In this document: positions 9,755-18,722 of the stretch, piece after piece
Numbering within the stretch: position 1 is the stretch's first letter
Layout of the letters: each line of letters opens with the position of its first letter
Assembly (NCBI GenBank): GCA_963761335.1
Contig: CAVXGR010000018.1
Span: 864,001 to 928,000 of the forward strand
DNA: 64,000 nucleotides
Source of the DNA: an uncultured delta proteobacterium
GTDB lineage: Bacteria > Desulfobacterota > Binatia > HRBIN30 > BPIQ01
Direction of reading: 5' to 3'
Position numbers and translations under genes: made by a program
Notes under the pieces: model-generated
What the model saw: only the letters and a program-made list of their open reading frames with translations
Told to the model about the DNA's origin: nothing
The model's database searches: none

Positions 9755-10093
9755 ATGCCGGCGCCGAGTGAGTTCATCGTCGTCATGGTCACCGTCGGCG
9801 ACCTCGCTGAGGGGGAGCGGATCGCCGATGCCCTGGTCGAGGAGCGGCTGGCCGCCTGCGTCAACATTGTCGGGCCGCTGCGCTCCGTCTACGTCTGGGG
9901 CGGCGCCGTGCAGCGGGAGCAGGAATATCTCCTGCTGATCAAGGCGCGGCGCCGCGGCTTCGAGGCACTGGCGACGCGGGTGGGCGCGCTGCACTCCTAC
10001 GAGGTGCCCGAGATCGTCGCCGTCGATCTGGCCGCCGGCGCGCCTCCGTATCTCGCCTGGCTGGCGGCGGCCACCGGGCCGCGCCAGGACTGA
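9755..10093 (+). CDS. cutA: Divalent-cation tolerance protein CutA
   Basis: LVEERLAACVN, SVYVW, HSYEVPEI, YLAW. Confidence 0.92.
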   Translation: MPAPSEFIVVMVTVGDLAEGERIADALVEERLAACVNIVGPLRSVYVWGGAVQREQEYLLLIKARRRGFEALATRVGALHSYEVPEIVAVDLAAGAPPYLAWLAAATGPRQD

Positions 10094-10096
10094 CGA

Positions 10097-11251
10097 TCAC
10101 ATGCGCCGCAGAATGCTCTGCGGCGTCACCCCTTCCATGCGGAAGCCCTCCTCGTCGGGGAGGACGGTCTTGCGGGGCTTGCCGGCGTGCTTGAGGTCGA
10201 GGTTCTTGATCCGCAGTCGGATGTTGTTGGCGCTGTCGGCGTTGGCGGTCGCCTGCTCGGCGGTGATGTGTCCCCCCTCGTACAGCTCGAAGAGCGCCTG
10301 ATCGAAGGTCTGGCCTCCCTCGAGCGTGCTCTGCTCCATGGCCTCCTTGAGGGTGTCGACCTCGCCTTTCTTGATCAGGTCCTTAACCCGTGGTGTGTCG
10401 ACCAGGATCTCCAGCGCCGCTACCCGCTTCCCGTCCACGCCGCGGATCAAACGCTGCGAGATGATGGAGCGCAGGTTCAGCGAGAGCTGCAGATAGATTT
10501 CTCTGTGCCGGCTCTCGGGAAAGAAGTTCATGATGCGCTCGATCGCCTGGTTGGCGTTGTTGGAGTGCATGGTGGCCAGGCAGAGATGCCCCGTCTCGGC
10601 GAAGGTCACCGCCGCCTCCATCGTCTCCAGGTCGCGCACCTCGCCGATCAGGATCACGTCGGGAGCCTGGCGCAGGGTGTTGCGCAGGGCCTCGCCGTAC
10701 GACAGCGTGTCGAAGCCGATCTCGCGCTGGTTGACGATGCTGCGGCGGTGGGGATGGACGAACTCGATGGGGTCCTCGATGGTGACGATGTGGCCCGACT
10801 CGTTCTCGTTCCGGTAATCGATCATCGATGCCTGGGTGGTCGACTTTCCCGAGCCGGTGGCGCCGGTGACCAGCACCAGGCCGCGGCGGCTCATGATGAT
10901 CGACTTGAGGATCTGTGGCAGCTGCAGCTCGTCGATGGTCGGGATCTTGGTCTTGATCTGCCGGACCACCACCGCCACGGCGCCCCGTTGGCGGAAGACA
11001 TTGATACGGAAGCGGCCGAGGCGCTCGGAAGCGACCGCCAGGTTCATCTCCAGCTTCTCTTCGAAAGCGGCCTTTTGCTTCTCGGTCATCAGCGAGTTCG
11101 CCAGCGCCTCCACGTCGGCCGGGGTCAGGCGCGGCAGCGGCAGGGGACCGGCGACACCCTCGACGCGGAGCACCGGGGGGCTGTCGGCGGTGAGGTAGAG
11201 GTCCGACGCGCCCTGGCGCGACATCTCTTCGAGCAGCGAGCGAATGTCCAT
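10097..11251 (-). CDS. pilU: Type IV pilus retraction ATPase, PilU-like
   Basis: GATGSGKSTT, TIEDPIE, LRQAPDVILIGEVRD, HSNNANQA. Confidence 0.9.
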   Translation of the reverse strand: MDIRSLLEEMSRQGASDLYLTADSPPVLRVEGVAGPLPLPRLTPADVEALANSLMTEKQKAAFEEKLEMNLAVASERLGRFRINVFRQRGAVAVVVRQIKTKIPTIDELQLPQILKSIIMSRRGLVLVTGATGSGKSTTQASMIDYRNENESGHIVTIEDPIEFVHPHRRSIVNQREIGFDTLSYGEALRNTLRQAPDVILIGEVRDLETMEAAVTFAETGHLCLATMHSNNANQAIERIMNFFPESRHREIYLQLSLNLRSIISQRLIRGVDGKRVAALEILVDTPRVKDLIKKGEVDTLKEAMEQSTLEGGQTFDQALFELYEGGHITAEQATANADSANNIRLRIKNLDLKHAGKPRKTVLPDEEGFRMEGVTPQSILRRM

Positions 11252-11255
11252 GGCG

Positions 11256-12353
11256 TCAACCCCGCGCGGCGACCGGCTGCGTCAGCGTCGCCCTCGGTGC
11301 ACCCTTGTCCGCCGCCGAGCCGAAGAGGTTTGGCGTCAGCGTCCTCGACTGCGCCTCGTCGCGGGTCACCATGCCGCGGTTGACGAGCTCGACGAGCGCC
11401 GCGTCCAGCGTCTGCATGCCGACGTTCTGTCCGACCTGCATGCACGACTGCAGCTGGTGCACCTTGCCCTCGCGGATCAGGTTGCGCACCGCGGTGGTGC
11501 CGATGAGGATCTCGAGGGCGGCAATGCGCCCTCCCATCTTCTTCTTCAGCAACGACTGTGTGACCACCGCCTGGATCGATTCGGAGAACATCGTGCGGAT
11601 CTGTTCCTGCTGGGCGGCCGGGAAGACGTCGATGATGCGGTCCACGGTCTTCGGGGCGCTCGAGGTATGCAGGGTTCCGAACACCAGGTGTCCGGTCTCG
11701 GCCGCCGTCAGCGCCAGCTGGATGGTCTCCAGATCGCGCATTTCGCCGACCAGAATCACATCCGGGTCTTCGCGCAGGGCGCCGCGCAGCGCCGCGGAGA
11801 AGGAGAGGGTGTGGGAGCCGACCTCGCGCTGGTTGACCAGGCACTTCTTCGACTTGTGGACGAACTCGATCGGGTCCTCGATGGTGAGGATGTGCCCCTC
11901 AAAGGTTTCGTTGATGAAGTCGACCATCGCCGCCAGCGTGGTCGATTTGCCGGAGCCGGTCGGTCCGGTGACCAGAACCAGACCTTTCTCTTTGTTGGCC
12001 AGGTCCTTGAGCACCGGCGGCATTCCGAGCTCCGCGAGGGTCATGACCGTGGAGGGAATGGTGCGGAAGACGGCGCCCTCTCCCTTGCGCTGGCGGAAGA
12101 TGTTGACGCGGAAGCGGGCGATTTCGCCGAGCTCGAAGGAGAAGTCCAGATCGTTGGTCTCCTGGAAGTGCTTCCGCTGGCCATCGTTCATGATGTCGAA
12201 CACCATGTGGTGCACCTCGTCGGAGTTCAGCAGGGGGTGCTCGATGCGCTTCATGTCTCCGTTGATGCGCAGCATCGGCGGCTCGCCGGCCGACAGGTGG
12301 ACGTCCGAAGCGCCCTCGCGATGGGCAAAAGTCAGCAGCTGAGTGATGTCCAT
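11256..12353 (-). CDS. pilT: Type IV pilus retraction ATPase PilT
   Basis: GPTGSGKSTT, LREDPDVILVGEMRD, AVRNLIRE (AIRNLIRE box), GMQT. Confidence 0.95.
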   Translation of the reverse strand: MDITQLLTFAHREGASDVHLSAGEPPMLRINGDMKRIEHPLLNSDEVHHMVFDIMNDGQRKHFQETNDLDFSFELGEIARFRVNIFRQRKGEGAVFRTIPSTVMTLAELGMPPVLKDLANKEKGLVLVTGPTGSGKSTTLAAMVDFINETFEGHILTIEDPIEFVHKSKKCLVNQREVGSHTLSFSAALRGALREDPDVILVGEMRDLETIQLALTAAETGHLVFGTLHTSSAPKTVDRIIDVFPAAQQEQIRTMFSESIQAVVTQSLLKKKMGGRIAALEILIGTTAVRNLIREGKVHQLQSCMQVGQNVGMQTLDAALVELVNRGMVTRDEAQSRTLTPNLFGSAADKGAPRATLTQPVAARG

Positions 12354-12376
12354 ACCATCCTCCGGGGACACTCATT

Positions 12377-12392
12377 AGCAAAGCAGACGCCA
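12377..12392 (-). promoter_or_regulatory. Putative sigma54 (-24/-12) promoter of pilT-pilU
   Basis: Minus strand TGGCGTCTGCTTTGCT (TGGC-N7-TTGCT; GG-N10-GC), just upstream of a GGAGG SD and the ATG. Confidence 0.65.
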
Positions 12393-12512
12393 CGTGGGCG
12401 CCCAGAAGTATAGGGGATTTTCCGCGTCAGCGGTGGCGCAAAGCCGGCCGCTGCCGTCAAAAAATGGTGGATACGGGGCCGGGTTGCTCGGTGGCTCACC
12501 GCTGAGCGAAGC

Positions 12513-13142
12513 TCAGCGGAAGCTCACCACCATGATCTGCAACAGGACATTCCCCGCGGCGTGATACAGGATCGGCGCGGCGATGCTGTCGCTGCGCTCG
12601 CGGAGCCAGCCGGCGAAGAGGCCGAAGAAGAAGACCTTGAGCTGGGTGATGTCGCCGTAGATGAGGTGGCAGAGGGCGAAGAGCAGTGCCGCCGCCGGCA
12701 GGCCCCAGCCCCAGCGGGCTCCGAGCAGCTGGTAGGGGCGGCCCCAGGCCTTGTCGAAGCTGGTCTGCAGGTAGCCGCGGAAGAAGAACTCCTCCGGCAG
12801 CGCCACGTTGATGAGCTGGCCGAGAATCAGCAGGTGCAGGTTCGCAGGAAAGCGCAGGTGGAACTGCGCCTGCTGCACCAGGCGGCCGAAGAGATAGTGG
12901 CCGGCGAGGTAGCCTCCGAGGACGATTGCGGCGACGATCAGGTGAAAGCGCAGCGAGCCGAGCCGCCAGCGCAAGCCGTAGTCGTCGAAGGATCGCTTGG
13001 TGACGACGATCAGGCCGAAGGGGACCAGCAGCCACATCGCCGAGTCCCACAGCGCCAGCGGCAGGGTGACCGCCAATACCGCCAGGCCTTCGAGCCCCGG
13101 GAGCTGCCCTCGCAGGGGACGGGCTGCGCCTTCGTCGGTCAC
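12513..13142 (-). CDS. CPBP (CAAX-like) glutamic intramembrane protease, possibly myxosortase-like
   Basis: EEFFFRG, FALCH and HAAGN motifs; multiple TM segments. Confidence 0.85.
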   Translation of the reverse strand: MTDEGAARPLRGQLPGLEGLAVLAVTLPLALWDSAMWLLVPFGLIVVTKRSFDDYGLRWRLGSLRFHLIVAAIVLGGYLAGHYLFGRLVQQAQFHLRFPANLHLLILGQLINVALPEEFFFRGYLQTSFDKAWGRPYQLLGARWGWGLPAAALLFALCHLIYGDITQLKVFFFGLFAGWLRERSDSIAAPILYHAAGNVLLQIMVVSFR

Positions 13143-13145
13143 CGA

Positions 13146-13799
13146 CTAACGCACCACGCCGTCCTCGACGATGACCGCCGGCAGACCGAACGGCGCCAGC
13201 GCCCGGGCGTGTACCGAGGCGTCCTCGCGCTCGGGAAAGCGGCCGAGGCGGACGCGGTAGAAGCGGCTGGTGCCGTTGTCGAGCGGGCTGATGTAGACGT
13301 TGTCGAAGTGCTGCGCCAGCTGCGTGCGCAGCCGTTCGGCGTTGACGCGGTCGGCGAAGGCGCCGACCTGGACCGCGTAGGCGACCGCGGTGACCTCCGC
13401 GAAGGGACCCAGCACCTCGAGGCGTACCGGCGCCGTCCCCGGGCCGATCATCTCGAGCTGGCGCGCCGCCGCGTACGACAGATCGATCAGGCGATCGCCG
13501 ACGAACGGGCCGCGGTCGTTGATGCGGACCTCCACGGTGCGACCATTGATCAGGTTGGTGACCGCCACGCGCGTGCCCAGCGGCAAGGTGCGGTGTGCGG
13601 CGGTGAGATCGTTCTGGTCGTAGATCTCACCGCTGGTCGTCGGGTTGCCGTGGAAGCCGGGCCCGTACCAGGAGGCGATGCCCTGCTGCCAGGCCCCCTT
13701 GCGAACCTGCATCGGTGGCTCCGCGGGGCGCGGCTGCCGCTGCAAGCCGCAGCCCGACAGCGCCAGAGCAACCGCCGACACCAGCACCACCCGCCGCAT
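13146..13799 (-). CDS. rlpA: Septal ring lytic transglycosylase RlpA (lipoprotein, DPBB + SPOR)
   Basis: Lipobox LSGC, GIASWYG, AAHRTLP, INDRGPF, SPOR domain VQVGAF. Confidence 0.92.
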   Translation of the reverse strand: MRRVVLVSAVALALSGCGLQRQPRPAEPPMQVRKGAWQQGIASWYGPGFHGNPTTSGEIYDQNDLTAAHRTLPLGTRVAVTNLINGRTVEVRINDRGPFVGDRLIDLSYAAARQLEMIGPGTAPVRLEVLGPFAEVTAVAYAVQVGAFADRVNAERLRTQLAQHFDNVYISPLDNGTSRFYRVRLGRFPEREDASVHARALAPFGLPAVIVEDGVVR

Positions 13800-13809
13800 A
13801 CGGGCGCGG

Positions 13810-13837
13810 ATTATACGCCCGGGGGGAGAATTGGCAA
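13810..13837 (-). promoter_or_regulatory. Putative sigma70 promoter of rlpA (near-leaderless)
   Basis: TTGCCA-N16-TATAAT, 10 nt before the ATG, no SD. Confidence 0.65.
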
Positions 13838-13898
13838 ACGCGGTGCTCCCGCTCCGCCGCGGCGGCTACAGGTGGGCTCCCGAGCCTCTCCACATTTT

Positions 13899-14034
13899 CG
13901 GTTCTCATTCCCGGTTCTCATTCCGTCGTTTTCCATTTTTCTTCACGGCGCGTGAGACCTGGTGGGCTGTGCGTTGCTTGCCCGCTTTCAGAGCGAATGG
14001 AAAACGACGGAATGAGAACCGGGGATGAGAACCG
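13899..14034. repeat. 39-bp inverted repeat (1 mismatch) around a 58-bp spacer; MITE/REP-like
   Basis: 13899-13937 CGGTTCTCATTCCCGGTTCTCATTCCGTCGTTTTCCATT pairs with 13996-14034 AATGGAAAACGACGGAATGAGAACCGGGGATGAGAACCG. Each arm contains a tandem CGGTTCTCAT(T/C)CC unit. Confidence 0.85.
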
Positions 14035-14081
14035 GGAACGGGATACGGTATGAAGGTCCTTGGTTTGGCCGGCTGGGTCGC

Positions 14082-15428
14082 CTAGTGGCCGGCGACGGTC
14101 ATGCGGGCGATCTTCACGGTGGGCGACGAGGTTGCCGCGTGCACTCGCAGCTCGGCGCCGACCGCCTCGATGTCGCGGTACATCTGCAGCAGGTTGCCGG
14201 CGATGGTGATCTCCTCGACCGGGTAGGTGAGCTCGCCGTTCTCGATCCACAGGCCGACGGCGCCGCGTGAGTAGTCGCCGGTGACCGGGTTGATGCCCTG
14301 GCCGATGAGCTCGGTGACGTACAGCCCCTGGCGCACCGAGCCGATGATGTCTGGCGTCGGCGTCGTTCCGGGCAGCAGGCGGAGGTTCTGGGAGCCGACG
14401 TGGGGTGCGTCGCCGATGGAGCGGGCCGCATTGCCCGTGGAGTGCGCGTGCAGCTTGCGCGCCGAGTAGGAGTCGAACAGATAGCTCGACAGGCGGCCGC
14501 GATCGACGACTGCGGTGCGCCGCGTCGCCACCCCCTCGCCGTCGAAGGGCCGCGAGCCGAGCCCCCCCTCGATGGTGCCGTCGTCGACGACGGTGACGAA
14601 GTCGGGAGCGATCGGCTCGCCCAAGCGGCCGGCGAGAAAGGAGGTACCCTTGTAGAGCGAGTAGCCGGAGACCGCGCCGGCCAGGTGTCGCAAGAGGCCT
14701 GCGGCGACCTCCGCCTCGAATACCACCGGCACCTGCTGTGTGGGCACCTGGCGGGCGCCGATGCGGCGGATGGTGCGCTCGGCGGCGGTGCGGCCGACGG
14801 CGGCGGGGTCGGCCAGCGCCGAGAACTTGCGGTCCGCCGAGTACCAGTAATCGCGCTGCATCTTGCCATCGACGGCGGCAATCGGCACCACGGTCAGGCT
14901 GAAGCTCGAGGAGCGGTAGGAGCCCATGAAGCCGTTGGTGGCTGCATAGACGACGGTGTGCGACTCGCTGCTGAACTCGGCGCCGTCCGAGTTGGTGATG
15001 CGCGGGTCGGTCTCGCGGGCTGCCGCCTCGGCGGTGCGTGCCAGCTCGAGACCCTGCTCGGCGCTGACCTCGGTGCCGTCGTACAGGTGCAGCTCGGGGA
15101 TGTCCTCGGCCAGGTCGGCTGGGTCGGGAAGCCCGGAGTACTCGTCCGGGGCGATGACCTTGGCGAGTGCGCAGGAGTCCCGCGCCAGCTTCACCAGCGA
15201 GTCGCGCGAGCAGTCGGCACTGCTGGTGATGGCGCTGCGCTTCCCCGCGAATACGCGCAGGCCGAGATGCTTGGCCCGCGAGCGCTTGAGGTTCTCGACC
15301 TCGCCGAGCCGCACGCCGGTGCTCAGCGAATCGCCTTCGGCGACGACGACGTCCGCGGCGGTGGCACCGGCCCGCTTTGCCTCGGCGAGCACGAACTCGG
15401 CGATGTCGCCGAGCGACCAGTCGCTCAT
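14082..15428 (-). CDS. pmbA: Metalloprotease PmbA/TldE
   Basis: DGKMQRDYW, FDGEG, GINPVTGDYSRG, TIAGNL. Confidence 0.92.
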   Translation of the reverse strand: MSDWSLGDIAEFVLAEAKRAGATAADVVVAEGDSLSTGVRLGEVENLKRSRAKHLGLRVFAGKRSAITSSADCSRDSLVKLARDSCALAKVIAPDEYSGLPDPADLAEDIPELHLYDGTEVSAEQGLELARTAEAAARETDPRITNSDGAEFSSESHTVVYAATNGFMGSYRSSSFSLTVVPIAAVDGKMQRDYWYSADRKFSALADPAAVGRTAAERTIRRIGARQVPTQQVPVVFEAEVAAGLLRHLAGAVSGYSLYKGTSFLAGRLGEPIAPDFVTVVDDGTIEGGLGSRPFDGEGVATRRTAVVDRGRLSSYLFDSYSARKLHAHSTGNAARSIGDAPHVGSQNLRLLPGTTPTPDIIGSVRQGLYVTELIGQGINPVTGDYSRGAVGLWIENGELTYPVEEITIAGNLLQMYRDIEAVGAELRVHAATSSPTVKIARMTVAGH

Positions 15429-16903
15429 GTCTGCGTGCCGCCCACGGTGAGACCGTCGACGCGCACGGTGGGCAGCCCGACGCCGACCGGCACCGACTGT
15501 CCGTCTTTGCCGCAGGTGCCGATTCCGTCGTCGAGTCGCAGATCGTTGCCGAGCATTTTGATACGGGTGAGCACGTCCGGACCATTGCCGATGAGTGTTG
15601 CGCCCTTCACCGGACGGGTGATCTGCCCGTTCTCGATGAGATAGGCCTCGCTGGCAGAGAAGACGAACTTGCCGCTGGTGATGTCGACCTGCCCACCGCT
15701 GAAGTAGGCGGCGTAGAGGCCCGAAGAGACGGAGCGGATGATGTCCTCCGGGGGCGTCTCGCCGGCGAGCATGAAGGTGTTGGTCATGCGCGGCAGCGGC
15801 GCGTGCGCGAAGCTCTCGCGGCGGCCGTTCCCGGTGAGCGGCATTCCCATCAGCCGGGCGTTGAGACGGTCCTGGAGATAGCCGCGCAGGATGCCGTTCT
15901 CGATGAGCACCGTGCGCCCCGTCGGCGTGCCCTCGTCATCGCAGTTGAGGGAGCCGCGGCGGTTGGAAATGGTGCCGTCGTCGACCACGGTGCACAGCGG
16001 CGCGGCGACTCGCTGCCCGAGGAGGCCGGAGAACGCCGAGGTCTTCTTGCGGTTGAAGTCTCCCTCCAAGCCGTGGCCGATGGCCTCGTGCAGCAGAACT
16101 CCGGGCCAGCCCGGGCCGAGAACGACGTTCATGGTCCCCGCCGGCGCATCGATCGCATCGAGATTGCGCACCGCTTGCGCCGCGGCGGTGCGCGCATAGC
16201 CGACGGCGCGCTCGTCGTCGGTGAGGAAGCGGAACTCGACGCGACCACCGCCGCCGGAGCTGCCCTGCTGCCGGCTCGTTCCGTCCTGCGCGATGCACAT
16301 GACGCTGAAGCGGACCAGGGGCTGCACGTCGCCGACGATGAAGCCGTCGGAGTTGACCACCATGATCCATTTTTCCTGGACGACCAGGGACGCCATCACG
16401 TTCTGGATGCGCGCGTCGTGCCGCCGTGCCTCGACGTCGACGCGACTGAGCAGCGCGATCTTCTCGTCGAGCGGCGCGGTGATTGGCGGATGCGCGAGTG
16501 CGTAGAGGTCGTGCGACGGCGATTGGCTGTGCACCGAGACCGGTCCCGGCGTGGCGGAATCGCGCGCGATGGCGTGCGCCGTCTCCGCCGCGACCCGCAG
16601 GTTCTGCAGGCTGACGTCGTCGGAGTATGCATATCCGGTCTTGTCGCCGGCGACGGCGCGAACGCCGACGCCCTGAACGATGTTCTTGGTGGCCTTCTTT
16701 ACGGTGCTCTCCTCGAGGCTGAAGCTCTCCACGGTGGCGAACTCGAAGTACAGATCGGCGAAGTCGACACCGCGGGCCACGGCGGTTCCGAGGATGCTCT
16801 CCAGCCCGTTCTCGTTGAGCCCGAAGCGTTCGAGAAAGAATTTCTGCGGCGCCGCAGTGGCGCGCTGCGTCATGCGACCGCTCTCTGGCGTGCTTGATTT
16901 CAT
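15425..16903 (-). CDS. tldD: Metalloprotease TldD
   Basis: GPGWPGVLLHEAIGHGLEGD, PRMTNT, CGKDGQSVPVG. AGGAG SD upstream. Confidence 0.95.
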   Translation of the reverse strand: MKSSTPESGRMTQRATAAPQKFFLERFGLNENGLESILGTAVARGVDFADLYFEFATVESFSLEESTVKKATKNIVQGVGVRAVAGDKTGYAYSDDVSLQNLRVAAETAHAIARDSATPGPVSVHSQSPSHDLYALAHPPITAPLDEKIALLSRVDVEARRHDARIQNVMASLVVQEKWIMVVNSDGFIVGDVQPLVRFSVMCIAQDGTSRQQGSSGGGGRVEFRFLTDDERAVGYARTAAAQAVRNLDAIDAPAGTMNVVLGPGWPGVLLHEAIGHGLEGDFNRKKTSAFSGLLGQRVAAPLCTVVDDGTISNRRGSLNCDDEGTPTGRTVLIENGILRGYLQDRLNARLMGMPLTGNGRRESFAHAPLPRMTNTFMLAGETPPEDIIRSVSSGLYAAYFSGGQVDITSGKFVFSASEAYLIENGQITRPVKGATLIGNGPDVLTRIKMLGNDLRLDDGIGTCGKDGQSVPVGVGLPTVRVDGLTVGGTQT

Positions 16904-16975
16904 GGGTAGCTCCTGAGTAGCATACGACCTGAACGTGAGCTAGGTGGTCCCCATGACGAGCACGACGACGCAACC

Positions 16976-17278
16976 ATGAGTCGCTCCTCGCAGCAGCTCC
17001 AGTGGTCGTGTTTGCGCCGCTATCTCGGTCTCCGCGTCAATCTCTTTCGCGCCATGCACACGGAAGGCTTCTATCTCTCCGAGGACCGCGCCGTGCTCGC
17101 ACTGCGCGACGGTCAGTTCGCCCTCGTGGCCCGTACCTCCTTCGACGTCGTCTTCAACTACTTCTACGTACGCGATTGCCACTGGTATCGCTGCGATCTG
17201 GAGAAGGTTGCCGACGAGGAGGTGCCCGATCTGGTGCGCCAGGCGCTGCTGCGCCAGTTCTTGACCATTCTCTCCTGA
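16976..17278 (+). CDS. Hypothetical protein (100 aa)
   Basis: Fills the gap between tldD and lutA with GC3-rich codons; no recognised motif. Confidence 0.6.
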   Translation: MSRSSQQLQWSCLRRYLGLRVNLFRAMHTEGFYLSEDRAVLALRDGQFALVARTSFDVVFNYFYVRDCHWYRCDLEKVADEEVPDLVRQALLRQFLTILS

Positions 17279-17310
17279 GTGGCGGCAGCGACCGGTCGGC
17301 TCGGCTGGCG

Positions 17311-18033
17311 CTAGTCCCGCTGGCGCAGGATCTCGGCCAGGTGGACGGTGCGTACCGTCGAGCCGTGCCGGGAGAGACCGCCGGCGATCTGCATGAGGCA
17401 GCCGGAGTCGTTGGCGACCAGAGTGGGGGCACCGCTGCGGCGGATGGCGTCGAGCTTGGCGCGCAGGATGGCGTCGGAGATATGCGCCAGCTTGATGGAA
17501 AAAAGGCCGCCGAAGCCGCAGCAGGTTTGCTGGTCGTCGAGCTCGACGAGCTCGAGGCCGCGAACCGCCTGCAGCAGGGCGCGGGGTTGCTGGTGAATGC
17601 CGAGCTCGCGGAGAAGATGACAGGCGTCGTGGTAGGCCACCCGTCCCGGCCACGAGGCGCCGACGTCGGTGACGCCGAGTTGGTCGACCAGGAACTCGGA
17701 GAACTCGAAGACGTTGGCACGCAGCGCCTCCAGGCGCGCCTGCTCCGCGGAGCCGGCGGGGAACAGGTCGCCGTAGAAGCGGCGAATCATCGTGCCGCAG
17801 GATCCGGAGGGCACCACCACCGGAACATCCGGGGAGAAGATGCGCAGGAAGCGCTCCGCCAGCGGTCGCGCCTGCTCGCGAAAGCCGTCGTTGAACGCCG
17901 GCTGTCCGCAGCACGTCTGCTCGTCGAGGAAGCACACCTCGACGCCCAGATGCTCGAGAACGTCGGCGACCGCCTCGCCGACCGACGGGTAGAACTGGTC
18001 GACGAGACAGGTGACGAACAGGTTGACCTTCAT
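17311..18033 (-). CDS. lutA: Lactate utilization Fe-S protein LutA/LldE (CCG domains)
   Basis: LFVTCLVD, QTCCGQP, SGSC, YHDACH, CCGFGG. Confidence 0.9.
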   Translation of the reverse strand: MKVNLFVTCLVDQFYPSVGEAVADVLEHLGVEVCFLDEQTCCGQPAFNDGFREQARPLAERFLRIFSPDVPVVVPSGSCGTMIRRFYGDLFPAGSAEQARLEALRANVFEFSEFLVDQLGVTDVGASWPGRVAYHDACHLLRELGIHQQPRALLQAVRGLELVELDDQQTCCGFGGLFSIKLAHISDAILRAKLDAIRRSGAPTLVANDSGCLMQIAGGLSRHGSTVRTVHLAEILRQRD

Positions 18034-18047
18034 CGCTGCACCCGAGG

Positions 18048-18722
18048 TCAGCGGACCAGCACGACGTGCAGGATCTCCGGGCCATGCACGCCGAGGACGA
18101 TCTTCTTCTCGATATCGGCAGTGCGGCTCGGCCCGCTGATCAGCGTCAGGCACGATCCGAGAGCGGTGCGCTCGGCGCCGAGCACCGCGAAGAGGCCGTC
18201 GATGTCGGCAAGCAGACGCGCGCTGGGGACGATGGCGATGTGCAGACGCGGCACCAGCGAGGCCATCTGCGGCTGCTGCCGACCGCTGCCGACCACCAGC
18301 GTGCCGGTATCGGCCAGGGCCCAGTCCACCTCGGTAATCCCGGCGTCGGCGGCGATGCAGGCCTGGCGCCAGGCACCGCGATAGGCGTCGCCGTTCTCCT
18401 CGGGAAACGTCCAGGCGACGCCGGCGGCGCGCAGTGGCTCGGCATCCACCAGCCGCCGGATCAGTGGCGTCGGCCAGGCGACCACGGTGCGGGCGCCCTG
18501 GGCGCGCAGCACCGCGGCCACCGTCTCGGCGGTGGCCGCGTCGTTGTCGGCGCGGTGCAGCTCGGCGGTGAGACTGCGCAGCTCTCTCTCGAAGCGCGCC
18601 TCCGCGGACGCCGGCGAAGCCGCTGGCCCCTGCGGCAGCGGCGCTGTGGTCGCGGTGGGCTGGTGTCCGCCGCCGGGAGCGGCGGCGCGGATGCGCGCCA
18701 GGATTTCAGCGCGAGCGCCCAT
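18048..18722 (-). CDS. lutC: Lactate utilization protein LutC (LUD domain)
   Basis: ADTGTLV, SLVPRLHIA, ISGPSRTADIE, GVHGP. Confidence 0.9.
   Translation of the reverse strand: MGARAEILARIRAAAPGGGHQPTATTAPLPQGPAASPASAEARFERELRSLTAELHRADNDAATAETVAAVLRAQGARTVVAWPTPLIRRLVDAEPLRAAGVAWTFPEENGDAYRGAWRQACIAADAGITEVDWALADTGTLVVGSGRQQPQMASLVPRLHIAIVPSARLLADIDGLFAVLGAERTALGSCLTLISGPSRTADIEKKIVLGVHGPEILHVVLVR

Noticed and set aside
13899..14034. CRISPR array
   Set aside because: The repeats are inverted, with no regularly spaced direct repeats or spacers, and there are no cas genes.
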